Assembly (NCBI GenBank): GCA_964016885.1
Contig: OZ024749.1
Span: forward strand, 30,504,001-30,568,000
Direction of reading: 5' to 3'
DNA: 64,000 nt
Source of the DNA: Eledone cirrhosa
Taxonomy: Eukaryota
Of this stretch, positions 40,515 through 53,620 are shown in pieces. Both the position numbers and the translations under genes were made by a program. Within the stretch, counting starts at the first letter, position 1. Every line of letters starts with the position of its first letter. The notes under the pieces were generated by a model that worked only from the letters and a program-made list of their open reading frames with translations, ran no database searches and was not told where the DNA came from.

Positions 40515-42550
40515 CACACACATACATACACATACATACACATACATGCATGCATACTTATGTATTTGGTATATACGGGAGTATATATGTAAGTATGTAT
40601 GTATATATATGTATGTATATATGTATATATGTCTGTATATATGTATGAATGTATGACCTCTTACGTCTTATATTCGTTGTTTTAATTGTGTTTTTACTAA
40701 TCGATTTTTTTTCAGGTTTCGCTCGAAAAATCTTAACCCATTTAATTTGAACAATAATTTCCAGCAAGATATACTAAACGTACAGTCAACCTTTCCACAT
40801 AATATTTCCAGTTGCGGTGGATTGGCAGTGTCGGTAGAGCGTCGGACATTATACTTTGTTGCATAGAGTTACAGCCATTTAGATTCTGATTTTAAATTCC
40901 GTCGTGGTTATATTTGCCTTTCATCCTTGAGTGGTCCATAAAATAAAGTACCACTAATGTACCAGTGTCGATTTAATCGACTTTCCCCTCCCCACCAAAT
41001 TGTTGGCCTTGATTCTATAGTATAAATCCTTATTATTATTATTGAGTGTGGTTGATTTGCAGTAGGATGGTTTGTAGAATAGAGTTACTACCCTTTACTT
41101 CCTGAGTTAAAATCCCTCAGGGGATAGCTTTGCCTTTCATCCTTTCAGGGTCTATAAAATAAATTTACTATTAACGCATTCAGGTCGATTTAATCGAGAT
41201 TACCCTCCCCAAATATTGTCGCCCTTGTGCCTAAATCAGAAACTATTATTATTTGAGTGATATGTGTAATAGTTACTTAGCTTTAGGTTTTCCTGCTCTC
41301 CGTGGGGCACAGGGCGACAAGACTCCTCCACTGCACACAATCCATAGCTGCTATTTCCGAGTGGACCTTAAGATTGTGAAGTAATCTCTTTGATAATCTG
41401 TTGGCCTTGGCACATCCACATTTGGTCGATACGATAAACTGTTAAAGAATGAGAAGTGGAAATGAGGGGATGTTTAGGTTCTGTTCCCTAGGAATCTTTC
41501 AACAAACATGGAGTTTGTGTATAAACAAGGTAAATGTCTCTTCTTATAGCCTGGCCCGGGCACAAGCCATGCCTTGTGGAGAGAAGTTGTGCTAAATGTA
41601 ACTGTTCGGAAATTCGTCGGTTCAACTCTACTTCTGAATTCAACGTACCAGCATTATCATACGTTGTGTCAGGCTGAATCAGAAACAAATATTTCACATT
41701 AATTGTTTCTACTTTTGGCACAAGGCCAGCAATTATCCCAGCCCATTACTGGTACTTTATTTTATCGACGCCGTAAGGATGAAAGGCAAAGTTAACCTCA
41801 GCGAGATTTGAACTCAGAAGATTAAGGGTATGTAAATTTGCTTTAGGCTCATCCACCTGCACATGAACGACAACGACAGCTTGTTAATTAATGCAACGAT
41901 CTCCGTCGAAACCGTTTTATTCCATATCAGATCATTGACCAAATCCAAATTAAAATTAATTCAACTGCTTACAATAGTAAAATAATCATTGTTCTATTAA
42001 TTCCCTTTAAATCCATCATACCTGTTATTATTTTTCTCACCACAATTTCTCTTTATATAAACTGTTTGCTTCAGTTCAATATTTGAATTGATAATTATGT
42101 ATTTATTTTGTTTTGATTTACATTAGCAATAACAATAATAATGATTTTAGAAATTAATGAGGAATTAATGATTTCAATAAGACTAATAAAAATATTTATT
42201 ATACAAACAATATTATTTGTAGAATGAGAAAATTATATATATGTATATATATATATATATAAAAACAAATAACGAAACGAAATTAAATTTCGTTTCGCTT
42301 CTAACTCACTTTTGTATGACTGACGCTTAAACAATTAAGTTAAAGTGTACATCTACATATGTATACGGAAGTATTAGTATGCATATAAATACACACATGT
42401 ATACATATGTACATGTACTCAGCTTTTCACTAGACACTTTACAGTGAGTGTCAGCTAGTCTGTATGTAACCACACAGGCGGACCGGGTTTTAGAGTCATA
42501 CGAGTTTTCAAGGAAACACATTTCCTCTATTCTCCAGAGGGCCAGACAGG

Positions 42551-42595
42551 AATATTGGACTAGTTTCGATGTTATTACATCTCATCAGCAATATT
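42551..42595 (-). ncRNA. Minimal type I hammerhead ribozyme (array copy 1)
   Basis: Minus strand: aatattg CTGATGA gatgt-aata-acatc GAAA ctag TC caatatt. 7-bp stem I, 5-bp stem II, palindromic ACTAGT stem III, GUC site. Confidence 0.93.
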
Positions 42596-43019
42596 TACCC
42601 ATCTTCCGGCTTCTCTGGAGAATTGTAAAAGCACATATCGTTATATGCTTTTTCTATGAAAATTAGTAGTGGGTAGACTAATTTGCATAGAACGTGAGTC
42701 ATTGTACGCACCGGTTCAGCGGAAACGATAAAAACAAATAACGAAACGAAATTAAATTTCGTTTCGCTTCTAACTCACTTTTGTATGACTGACGCTTAAA
42801 CAATTAAGTTAAAGTGTACATCTACATATGTATACGGAAGTATTAGTATGCATATAAATACACACATGTATACATATGTACATGTACTCAGCTTTTCACT
42901 AGACACTTTACAGTGAGTGTCAGCTAGTCTGTATGTAACCACACAGGCGGACCGGGTTTTAGAGTCATACGAGTTTTCAAGGAAACACATTTCCTCTATT
43001 CTCCAGAGGGATAGACAGG

Positions 43020-43064
43020 AATATTGGACTAGTTTCGATGTTATTACATCTCATCAGCAATATT
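43020..43064 (-). ncRNA. Hammerhead ribozyme (array copy 2)
   Basis: Identical to 42551-42595. Confidence 0.93.
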
Positions 43065-43488
43065 TACCCATCTTCCGGCTTCTCTGGAGAATTGTAAAAG
43101 CACATATCGTTATATGCTTTTTCTATGAAAATTAGTAGTGGGTAGACTAATTTGCATAGAACGTGAGTCATTGTACGCACCGGTTCAGCGGAAACGATAA
43201 AAACAAATAACGAAACGAAATTAAATTTCGTTTCGCTTCTAACTCACTTTTGTATGACTGACGCTTAAACAATTAAGTTAAAGTGTACATCTACATATGT
43301 ATACGGAAGTATTAGTATGCATATAAATACACACATGTATACATATGTACATGTACTCAGCTTTTCACTAGACACTTTACAGTGAGTGTCAGCTAGTCTG
43401 TATGTAACCACACAGGCGGACCGGGTTTTAGAGTCATACGAGTTTTCAAGGAAACACATTTCCTCTATTCTCCAGAGGGATAGACAGG

Positions 43489-43533
43489 AATATTGGACTA
43501 GTTTCGATGTTATTACATCTCATCAGCAATATT
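43489..43533 (-). ncRNA. Hammerhead ribozyme (array copy 3)
   Basis: Identical to 42551-42595. Confidence 0.93.
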
Positions 43534-43957
43534 TACCCATCTTCCGGCTTCTCTGGAGAATTGTAAAAGTACATATCGTTATATGCTTTTTCTATGAAAA
43601 TTAGTAGTGGGTAGACTAATTTGCATAGAACGTGAGTCATTGTACGCACCGGTTCAGCGGAAACGATAAAAACAAATAACGAAACGAAATTAAATTTCGT
43701 TTCGCTTCTAACTCACTTTTGTATGACTGACGCTTAAACAATTAAGTTAAAGTGTACATCTACATATGTATACGGAAGTATTAGTATGCATATAAATACA
43801 CACATGTATACATATGTACATGTACTCAGCTTTTCACTAGACACTTTACAGTGAGTGTCAGCTAGTCTGTATGTAACCACACAGGCGGACCGGGTTTTAG
43901 AGTCATACGAGTTTTCAAGGAAACACATTTCCTCTATTCTCCAGAGGGCCAGACAGG

Positions 43958-44002
43958 AATATTGGACTAGTTTCGATGTTATTACATCTCATCAGCAATA
44001 TT
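43958..44002 (-). ncRNA. Hammerhead ribozyme (array copy 4)
   Basis: Identical to 42551-42595; the array ends ~17 nt beyond it. Confidence 0.93.
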
Positions 44003-44311
44003 TACCCATCTTCCGGCTTAATATTTACGATATTTACCCAATTCGTTAATTTCATGATTTCATGGGTAAGCTGTATCCTTTATCTAACTTTTGACTTATT
44101 AATTTTTATTGTTGTTTGCAATAGAAAGAGTCTAAGAAGTATATTTTAGGATTTAGTAATAGAATTCTAATATCGAAATATGAAATCTAATGGGGGGGGG
44201 GGTATTAACTATGGTTAAGAAAACAAATACGAAGAATAAATATGAAATAGAATTGGAATCAATTGTGGAGATGAAAAAATATTAAACATTAAAATATATA
44301 AACACACACAC

Positions 44312-44374
<63 letters not shown>

Positions 44375-44515
44375 TCTCTCTCTCCCTCTCTCTCTCTCTC
44401 TCTATTCTCTGTCCCTCTCACTATATATATATATATGTTTATATACACAAGGTTTAGCAAATAATGAAAAACTTTCAAAATAAATTTTAAAAAATTGACT
44501 TTACCTACTATAGTT

Positions 44516-44598
44516 ACCTTTACCGATCGGTTTCGAATCCCAAAAATAAACGTAGACCATACGGCCTTCGTTGCAAAGAAAGATTCTCGTCAGAAGGT
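44516..44598 (-). ncRNA. Type I hammerhead ribozyme
   Basis: Minus strand: acctt CTGACGA gaatc...gattc GAAA ccgatcgg TA aaggt; palindromic ACCGATCGGT stem III, GUA site. Confidence 0.9.
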
Positions 44599-44986
44599 TC
44601 TTTTCATTCGAAGAATATAAAATTCCTGAATTTAAATTACGAACTAGCGCTATCAAAACTGTTCCTGGGATGAGAGTGGATGATGTAGAAACAGGTTTAT
44701 CAAGGGCCGAAGTAAAGATAGAGGCAGAAGGAGGTAGGTCAAACTAGCCGCAGCTATCACTAGCAGCAGTCAGAGCGACCAAATTTGTTCTCAACTTAGA
44801 GGAGATAGTAGTAATAAGATATGTGTTCCTTCACGCACAAGGCGCTAAGGTACGCATGTATTGTCCAACCAAATGCCAGTGTGGTTCAATAGCAGGTTAA
44901 TAAATTAACGAGCCAGAACAAGCTTTAGCAAATAATGAAAAAGTTTAAAAATAAATTTTAAAAAATTGACTTTACCTACTATAGTT

Positions 44987-45069
44987 ACCTTTACCGATCG
45001 GTTTCGAATCCCCAAAATAAACGTAGACCATACGGCCTTCGTTGCAAAGAAAGATTCTCGTCAGAAGGT
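44987..45069 (-). ncRNA. Type I hammerhead ribozyme (tandem copy)
   Basis: Same motif as 44516-44598, 471 bp away. Confidence 0.9.
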
Positions 45070-45390
45070 TCTTTTCATTCGAAGAATATAAAATTCCTGA
45101 ATTTAAATTACGAACTAGCGCTATCAAAACTGTTCCTGGGATGAGAGTGGATGATCGTAAAGGTAACTATAGTAGGTAAAGTCAATTTTTTAAAATTTAT
45201 TTTTAAACTTTTTCATTATTTGCTAAAGCTTGTTTATATTTGTTCTGGCTCGTTAATTTATTAACCTGCCATTGAACCACACTGGCATTTGGTTGGACAA
45301 TACATGCGTCCCTTAGCGCCTTGTGCGTGAAGGAACACATATCTTATTACTATATGTTTATATATGTATATATATATATATGTTTATATA

Positions 45391-45431
<41 letters not shown>

Positions 45432-45433
45432 TA

Positions 45434-45477
<44 letters not shown>

Positions 45478-45516
45478 TATATATGTATATATATGTATAT
45501 ATATATATATTATATA

Positions 45517-45582
<66 letters not shown>

Positions 45583-46191
45583 TATATATGTATATATATA
45601 TGTATATATATTATATATATATATATAGGTATATATATAATATATATATATAATATATGTATAATATATATATATATCACGATAAATTAACGGAGCCATA
45701 GTCTCTCGCTTTTCCCTGTCAATAATGTGCTCAAAGGAAAAGGAATCCAGAGCTTTGTAAAATACAATATGTTGAAAAGGTAACACACTTGAGAGAGATA
45801 GTGCGCCATAAATAAAACAGGGAAAACCACCAGTGCATGGAAGCTATAACCTATGAAAGGCAGGGTAGACACACAATAATTAAAAATATAAATTAAAATG
45901 TATATACGTGCCTCTATAACTATATAACACACACGTACAAATCCAAAGAGATCTGTTTCACCAAGAAGCCGTTGACTGAAATGGAATAGCCCATGGTTCA
46001 TCAACGTGTGCAAGGCTATACATTTCAGACAACTCTAAGAGAATCTAAAACGACAGTCCAGCTACACGTGGGAGAGAGATGTCACAGCGTGTTTAGGGCA
46101 GTGAACGATTGCTGTCCGAGGGACGAGCTGCTAGAAAGGGCAGCCCAAAACCACTCAGAGAAGGGTGATTTGCCATGTTATTGTTGTCAAT

Positions 46192-47400
46192 TTATTTAAT
46201 TTTATTCGAATACCCTGCTCTATTTAAAGCTTCATTATAATATTGAGCCTTATCATAAAAAATATTTTTATTAGCAGAGATGCGTGAAATTCGTTGTTGG
46301 ACACTATTGACAACAGTGTTCTTAATAGATCTAGGATGATTAGAGTTAAAACTTTCGTAATTTAGATTCTCGTTAATTTTATGGAAAGGATAGTAAAGCC
46401 CTGTGCTTAGGTTTAATGTTACGTCTAAGAAGTTAACGATTTTATAGTTATTCTCTATTTCTAACTTAAGGTTATAATTATTGAAGAATTGTATTATGGA
46501 ATTTCTTTTCCTATTAATTTCACAATTACTATGGTTTTCAATTAAAAGCGGCATATCATCACGATATAAACCACCGGTCATCTCTGGCATTTTCCCATGC
46601 AGTGTATTATTAATAAATGAGCCCAAAAGATCCGTTATTTGCGCCGAGTCTGATGATCCCATAGTGATATCAAAATTATTTTTTCTATCGGCTCTTGTCC
46701 AGAGATGATTGTTGAATTCTATTAAAGTTTTCCGTGCTGTTAGAATGATATGCATTTCATCAGTAGCTAAATCTGTATGTTTAGATTGCGTAGATAAGAG
46801 CCCTATTAAGTAGACTAGGAGTAATAGAGTAGTAATTTGCAATATCCATTTGAATGAATTTTTTGTTATGTTTAAATGTTATGTTATTGAACCAATCTAT
46901 AACTTCATTAGTAACGTTCCATAGTTTCAGGTGTGATTTTTCTTTAAGTTGCGGTATGATTCTATCTAATATATGTTTACTAATTATGCCTAAGTCTGAT
47001 TTAGATTGTGCTATAGGTCTGACTGGTAGTTCTATTTCAAAGTTTCTGTTGAGGTCTTTCAGGTTAATTTTCGGTCTTCTAGAAATAAAGGGTTCAGTCC
47101 TATTTTGGATGCCTAATTTATGAATTATTTCAGAAGCTTCTCTATTTTGAAAGATCTTCATTTGTTGTTATTTTGTAGTTTTTTCTGAGTTCTTTCAATA
47201 TAAGGTTATTATATTCGTCCTTTTGCATTCCGTATAGATTATGAGTTTTATCACATTTTACGAGGATCTTCTTAGTTTTTTCAAGATTGTCTATATTATT
47301 TTTGAGGCCTTTAAGGTATTCCTGGCCTATAAATTGTTTTTTCGTGAATTTAATGTTTTGTATAATAGATATTACTTCATTTTCAAAATCAGTTAATAGT
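46192..47400 (-). pseudogene. Frameshifted Penelope-like RT (second family), endonuclease missing
   Basis: Frames give KILVKCDKTHNLY, VRPIAQSKSDLGIISKHILD, FIQMDIANYYSI (motif A), FDITMGSSDSAQITDLLG, GGLYRDD, VNFLDVTLNL, SNHP; clearly homologous to the 56054-57691 protein but divergent. Confidence 0.9.
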
Positions 47401-47625
47401 ATTTTTTATATAATTAACTGTCAAAACTCTATTAATATTTAATTCTTGCAGACACTGCCAAAATTCTACATTCAGAACTATGTGTAATTTATAATAATCC
47501 TATAAATGTTCAAAATGATCCTATCTTTTTTACCAATTTAAATTTCTAATATATTAATATCTCTAAATCATAATAGTAGTACTTTATATTTGTAGTAGTT
47601 TCACCGTTCAGCAAAAATTTCTCAT

Positions 47626-47668
<43 letters not shown>

Positions 47669-48061
47669 ATAGATATTTATATATATTTATGTATATCTAT
47701 ATAATTTTAATTTTAATTTTTTAATTTTTTAATTCTTTATTTTTTTCAATGACAGCCTCTAAAGCTATTTTTTTAAACGTAGATTAATAACCATTAAGTG
47801 ACTTTAGGAAAATGTATCCTATTCAAGACGATGTTTAAACATTCATATTTCTTTCGACTAAATAATTAATTAATCTCACACTAACTCTTAAACATTTTTT
47901 ATCGATTAACAAATAAAATTGGAGTTATCCTTTCTTTCTCAATCATATTAACTTATTATACCTAACTCCGTTAACTTAAAACATTCTCAAAGCCGAACAA
48001 GTTATCCAAATATATAAATTCCTAATTTTAACTACCTATTTATTTACATAAAATACAAAAT

Positions 48062-48154
<93 letters not shown>

Positions 48155-48211
48155 AGGCTCTGATACCATCAACACTATAACCACAGAGCTGGCATATCTA
48201 AGAACTGACTA

Positions 48212-48267
48212 ACTGCCTGATGAGGTCATAGCCATTCAATGGCTATCATCGAAAGATGTATAGCAGT
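48212..48267 (+). ncRNA. Type I hammerhead followed by AATAAA
   Basis: actgc CTGATGA ggtc-atagccat-tca-atggctat-catc GAAA gatgta TA gcagt aaataaa; within a ~160-bp island between (TA)n tracts. Confidence 0.75.
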
Positions 48268-48436
48268 AAATAAAGGATTATGAGTTCATGCAATTGACTT
48301 ATGTTTCGTCACTATATATATATATATATATATATATTAATATGTGTAGAAGTAAACACAGTAAACTGCAGGGTATCTATATGAGTTAATAACTCTATAT
48401 TTTATTTGTATTTTATTTATATATATATATATATAT

Positions 48437-48645
48437 AACGAAGGAAGTGTGGTAAGGAACCAGATGGACCATAACGCACCAAAGTACTCAATGCTTAGGG
48501 TAGTAGAGTGGGTAATAGGAACGAGTAGGACCCCCACGGCTGAGCTCAAGCCGTTTCGACGGCTAATTTTTTTTTTTTTTTTTTTTAGTCCAGAATTAGC
48601 CGTCGAAACGGCTTGAGCTCAGCCGTCGGGGTCCTACTCGTTCCT
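48437..48645. mobile_element. Fold-back element F1 in (TA)n, poly(T) at the centre
   Basis: Same family and structure. Confidence 0.85.
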
Positions 48646-49127
48646 ATATATATATATATATATAGCTGTCGAAATGGCCGGAGCTCAACCGTCGGGGTCC
48701 TGAATTTTTACATTGCATCCACCAGTATATTTGTTCATTCAGTAAATGTTAGAACACGCGCATGCATGTATATATATGCATTCATATATACATGTCTTGA
48801 GATGGTATAACTACGTTTTTAAAATGTACATTTGGTGTCTGAAATATCCGCCATTTTCTGAGAGAAGCACTTTCCTTTCGACAAACGATTAAGGTTGTTG
48901 ATGTTATCAAATAAAGTGGTTTCAGTTCTGATAGATTTCGTCTCCGTTATTCTTTAACAGCTCCATGTAACCAAAGGGTGTTTTCAGATTCTTCAATTGC
49001 AGTGCTATATATATATTTATATATTTTGAATGAAACCAAGCACCTACAGCAACATCAATAGCTCCAGCTTTTATTGTTGTTAGATTTTAGCTGCAATTGC
49101 GTAGAGTAACTCTATAGAATCGGGAAA

Positions 49128-49205
<78 letters not shown>

Positions 49206-49226
49206 CTCTCTCTCTTCATGTATAAT

Positions 49227-49385
49227 AATTGTTTCTACTTTAGGCACAAGGCCAGCAATCACCCGGTGCATTACTGGCACTTTATTTTATCGACCCCGTA
49301 AGGATGAAAGGCAAAGTCAACCTCGGCGGGATTTGAACTCAGATCGTAAAGGGACGTAACTATGCTGGAAAGCATGGCGTCCGAC
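49227..49385 (-). mobile_element. SINE, 5'-truncated
   Basis: Direct similarity. Confidence 0.85.
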
Positions 49386-49586
49386 TTATTTTTTTTCCTC
49401 TCGTCTCCTCTCATAAAAAAAAAAATGAAGGGTTAAGAAAACCCTTGAATACCCACAGAAACCTATTTCCACATCAAGATTCTGTTATACCATGACACTT
49501 GAAGATTGAGAGCACTTTAGAAAATCTACACATCTGGATCATAGGACAGATGGCCACGACTGCATTCACTGCCAAGATAAAAATAA

Positions 49587-49631
<45 letters not shown>

Positions 49632-49665
49632 ATAACAAGGTATCGTTATTTTTCTTTCTTTTGCA

Positions 49666-49755
<90 letters not shown>

Positions 49756-49757
<2 letters not shown>

Positions 49758-49959
49758 CGAAGGAAATGTGGTAAGGAACCAGATGGACCATAACGCACCA
49801 AAGTACTCAATACTTAGGGTAGTAGAGTGGGTAATAGGAACGGGTAGGAATCCCGACGGCTGAGCTCAAGTCGTTTCGACGGCTAATTCTGGACTAAATT
49901 AGTCCAGAATTAGCCGTCGAAATGGCGTGAGCTCAGCCGTCGGGGTCCTACTCGTTCCT
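49756..49959. mobile_element. Fold-back element F1 in (TA)n
   Basis: Same family and structure. Confidence 0.85.
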
Positions 49960-50116
49960 ATATATATATATATATATATATGCAGAGGTTATATTTAATT
50001 TGTTGAGATACAACAGGCTAAAAATATTTTTATAACTGATATAAAGCACTCAACAAATTATTGAAGTAAATATACAATATATTAACAAATGGAAACTATA
50101 TTTATAAAACCATATT

Positions 50117-50182
50117 TATTTTATTATACATATTTAAAGGGCCACCAAAGTAAATTATGGTGCGCTTTCATCAGATAAAATA
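50117..50182 (-). ncRNA. Hammerhead with GAAA>TAAA substitution
   Basis: Minus strand: tattttat CTGATGA aagcgcacca...tggtggccctt TAAA tatgta TA ataaaata; the inverted arm at ~50253-50320 retains ccttGAAAtatgtaTAataaaata. Confidence 0.68.
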
Positions 50183-50314
50183 CAATTCAGATTAGTTTTA
50201 TGAATAAATATTGACATACTCTGAAAAAAGGCAACATTAACGGTTGGAGCTTCCTTGAAATATGTATAATAAAATAAATATGGTTTTATGAATATAGTTT
50301 CCATTTGTTAATAT

Positions 50315-50377
<63 letters not shown>

Positions 50378-50379
<2 letters not shown>

Positions 50380-50790
50380 AAGGCGGGTTAAATTCCCGAG
50401 ATCCATGGACGAGTTCTCTCCAGCGGTCTCTGTCTCTCATTATCGCTGCCATGTCTTGCGTCTCCAACAGACCAGTGTCTGTCCTTAGGGCATCAACATA
50501 CGTTAACCTTGGTCTTCTTCTTCTAGTGGGTCCATGTAGGGGCTCCCACAGGAGCACTGAGTGCAATGTCAACACTGGATGTCAGTGAGCATATCCAGCC
50601 AACCTCAGTCTCATCTGTGTCACTTTTGAGCTGACTTTTGGGATGCTCCCATACAGTTCTGAGTCCATCATCCACAGTGTATACCGACCAATGCTCAGAG
50701 CCATCCCCAGCACCCATCCACCATCCGAGCGAGCCTCCCGGCCAGTGTCCAAGTCCCAGACCCGCACAGCAGCACAGACTCCACTACAGC
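50378..50790 (-). pseudogene. RTE-like LINE 3' end (shorter copy at 39818-39932 on +)
   Basis: RLRLAGYAH...VLLWEPLHGPTRRRRPRLTYVDALRTDTG...MRDRDRWRELV. Confidence 0.78.
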
Positions 50791-51560
50791 ATATATATAT
50801 ATATATGTTTGTATAATATGTATATATTTGTGAAGACACCCACACACTTGCACATATATATGTGATTATATATCTACACATATATATATATATACATTTA
50901 TTTATATGTATGTGTGTATATATGTATATGTATACGTATATATATATATTATATATATATATCAATATATATATATATATATATCATCTGTCATATATAT
51001 TCCAATGTGATTATTGGTAAATTGTTAAGAGTAAAAAATAAATATGGTTCTCTTAAATACATCGCAATGTAAACATTTCAATTACTGGTGGATTTTAGCT
51101 GAGGCTAAAGAGTGATAATTATAGAGGAATACAGTTCAATGATATATGTGTACAGAGCCCCTTCGGTGGCATATATATATATATATAAATATATATATAA
51201 AAAACATGAGAAGAAAGAAGAATACTGCGTGGTTTGCACACATGTACATATATATATATAAATACACACACACACACGCGCGTGCTCACACACACACATA
51301 TATATATATATATATGTATCAACATTTCTTGATATCTTCTCAACAATGTTGTCCTATCTTCGAAAAAGGTAATGGCAGCGTCCATATGTAGATCCATTTA
51401 AATGCAATACTATAAAACATTAAGTGAACGTTTAATTCATGAAACTGTTAGAGGCAATCCGGCTGATTTTTTTTTTATGATGATGATGTTGGTCTCTGAG
51501 ATGTTCATAGAAACATAATGATCTTATGTACATGTATATGTATGTATGTATATATATATA

Positions 51561-51632
<72 letters not shown>

Positions 51633-51737
51633 AAATGGGGAAAAGAATACTGCAGGTTGCATATGGATAACATGTAATAAAATGAGTCCCTCATCAGTGA
51701 TTTGCCGACGATCATAGATATTTCATATATATATATA

Positions 51738-51820
<83 letters not shown>

Positions 51821-51835
51821 TTATATATATGTATA

Positions 51836-51875
<40 letters not shown>

Positions 51876-52120
51876 AAAGTTCTATTTAAATTGTTGGGTT
51901 ACAACAAGCAAATATTTTTATATCTGATATAAAGCACTCAACACATAATTGGAGTAAAAATACGATATTAACAAATGGAAACTATATTTATAAAACCATA
52001 TTTATTTTATTATAATACACCTTACTATATATATATATATATATATATAGTAAAGTGTATTATTGGTTGTTTCAAACGGTCCAATAAATTTTTTATATAT
52101 ATATATATATATATATGCGC

Positions 52121-52154
<34 letters not shown>

Positions 52155-52250
52155 CTATGTATATATATCTATGTATATAGATATGTATATAAATATAGAT
52201 ATATTCATTTATAGCTGTATATATAAAATATGTGTTACATGAGAGTGTTT

Positions 52251-52306
<56 letters not shown>

Positions 52307-53273
52307 TATATATACATATATTTATATATATATTTAAGTACTGCACTTTTACTATATACTTTTACAATGAGTAATCTCCTAGGTAAAAGCAACAATTATG
52401 ATAATTGCCGTTGAAAGCATATAAAGTTCCATTTCGTAAATAGACCGTTTAATATTCACTCCCTCGTATACATACATACATACATACATACATACATACA
52501 TACATTGATACATACACACATACATGATGGTTGCCCCCTCGTTATCGAGTATGGCCATTGCACGATATACTATTATTAATAATTATTAATTAGTTATATC
52601 ATGCAATGCCTCTGCGTGAAGATATTTTTTAAAGTGAGGAAAGCCTGTGCACTGAGCCAATCCCTCTCTCTGAGCGACAGTAGCTATAAACCGAAAAGAA
52701 GAAAAGATCAACATCATCGGTAGCTACTGAGCCGCAGGTTTTATATCGGAGTTATCCCACTTTCTTGAGTTGCCTTCTCCTAGAAGAATGCTCTGACAAA
52801 AGCTAGGGGTCCTTCACTCCCAGTGGTTTAACCGCGCGATCAGGTGTCCAGCTCGACTATTTCTATGTCTCCGCGCATATACACACACATGCACCCAAGT
52901 ATATACACATATACATACACATACATATGTACATGTGTATATACATATTTACACACTTTTGCATGGCCGTTGACTCTTATAAGTTCTTCCGCCCTTTGTC
53001 AGGTTTTGTTTTTTGTCCCGAAAGGTGCCCAAAATCACCCTCCTCACCAAGTAAACTTGGTGGGGTTGCCGGTTTAGTCGTCAACGACCCGACTAGGTTG
53101 CACTGGGTTACATGTTACCAGCAGCACTCAAGAGTGACCCGGCATACATTCATACATACATAATTACATACATACGTACATATATCCATATACATGTATA
53201 CATATATATATATATGTACACATTTACTCATATATGTATATATATATATACACACATATATAGATACATGCAT

Positions 53274-53601
<328 letters not shown>

Positions 53602-53620
53602 ATATATATATATATATATA

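Larger units (their letters stand above)
42259..44019 (-). mobile_element. Tandem array of a 469-bp non-coding unit (~3.75 copies), one hammerhead per unit: retrozyme / PLE pLTR-like array
   Basis: Units start at 42261, 42730, 43199 and 43668 and are nearly identical; the array abuts (TA)n at 42240-42260. Confidence 0.92.
44447..45352 (-). mobile_element. 471-bp-period partial tandem (1.5 copies) with two hammerheads plus an inverted partial copy (pLTR-like)
   Basis: 44447-44684 repeats at 44918-45155; 45156-45352 is the reverse complement of ~44806-44993; TA-rich tracts flank both sides. Confidence 0.85.

Noticed and set aside
42327-44049. Repeated 64-72-aa ORFs in the 469-bp array
   Set aside because: Short, alternative starts, no motifs; the repetition only reflects the tandem unit.
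49895-49959. Hammerhead within F1 (gtcGAAAcggc)
   Set aside because: No CTGANGA on either strand and no UH after a stem III; at most a half motif.
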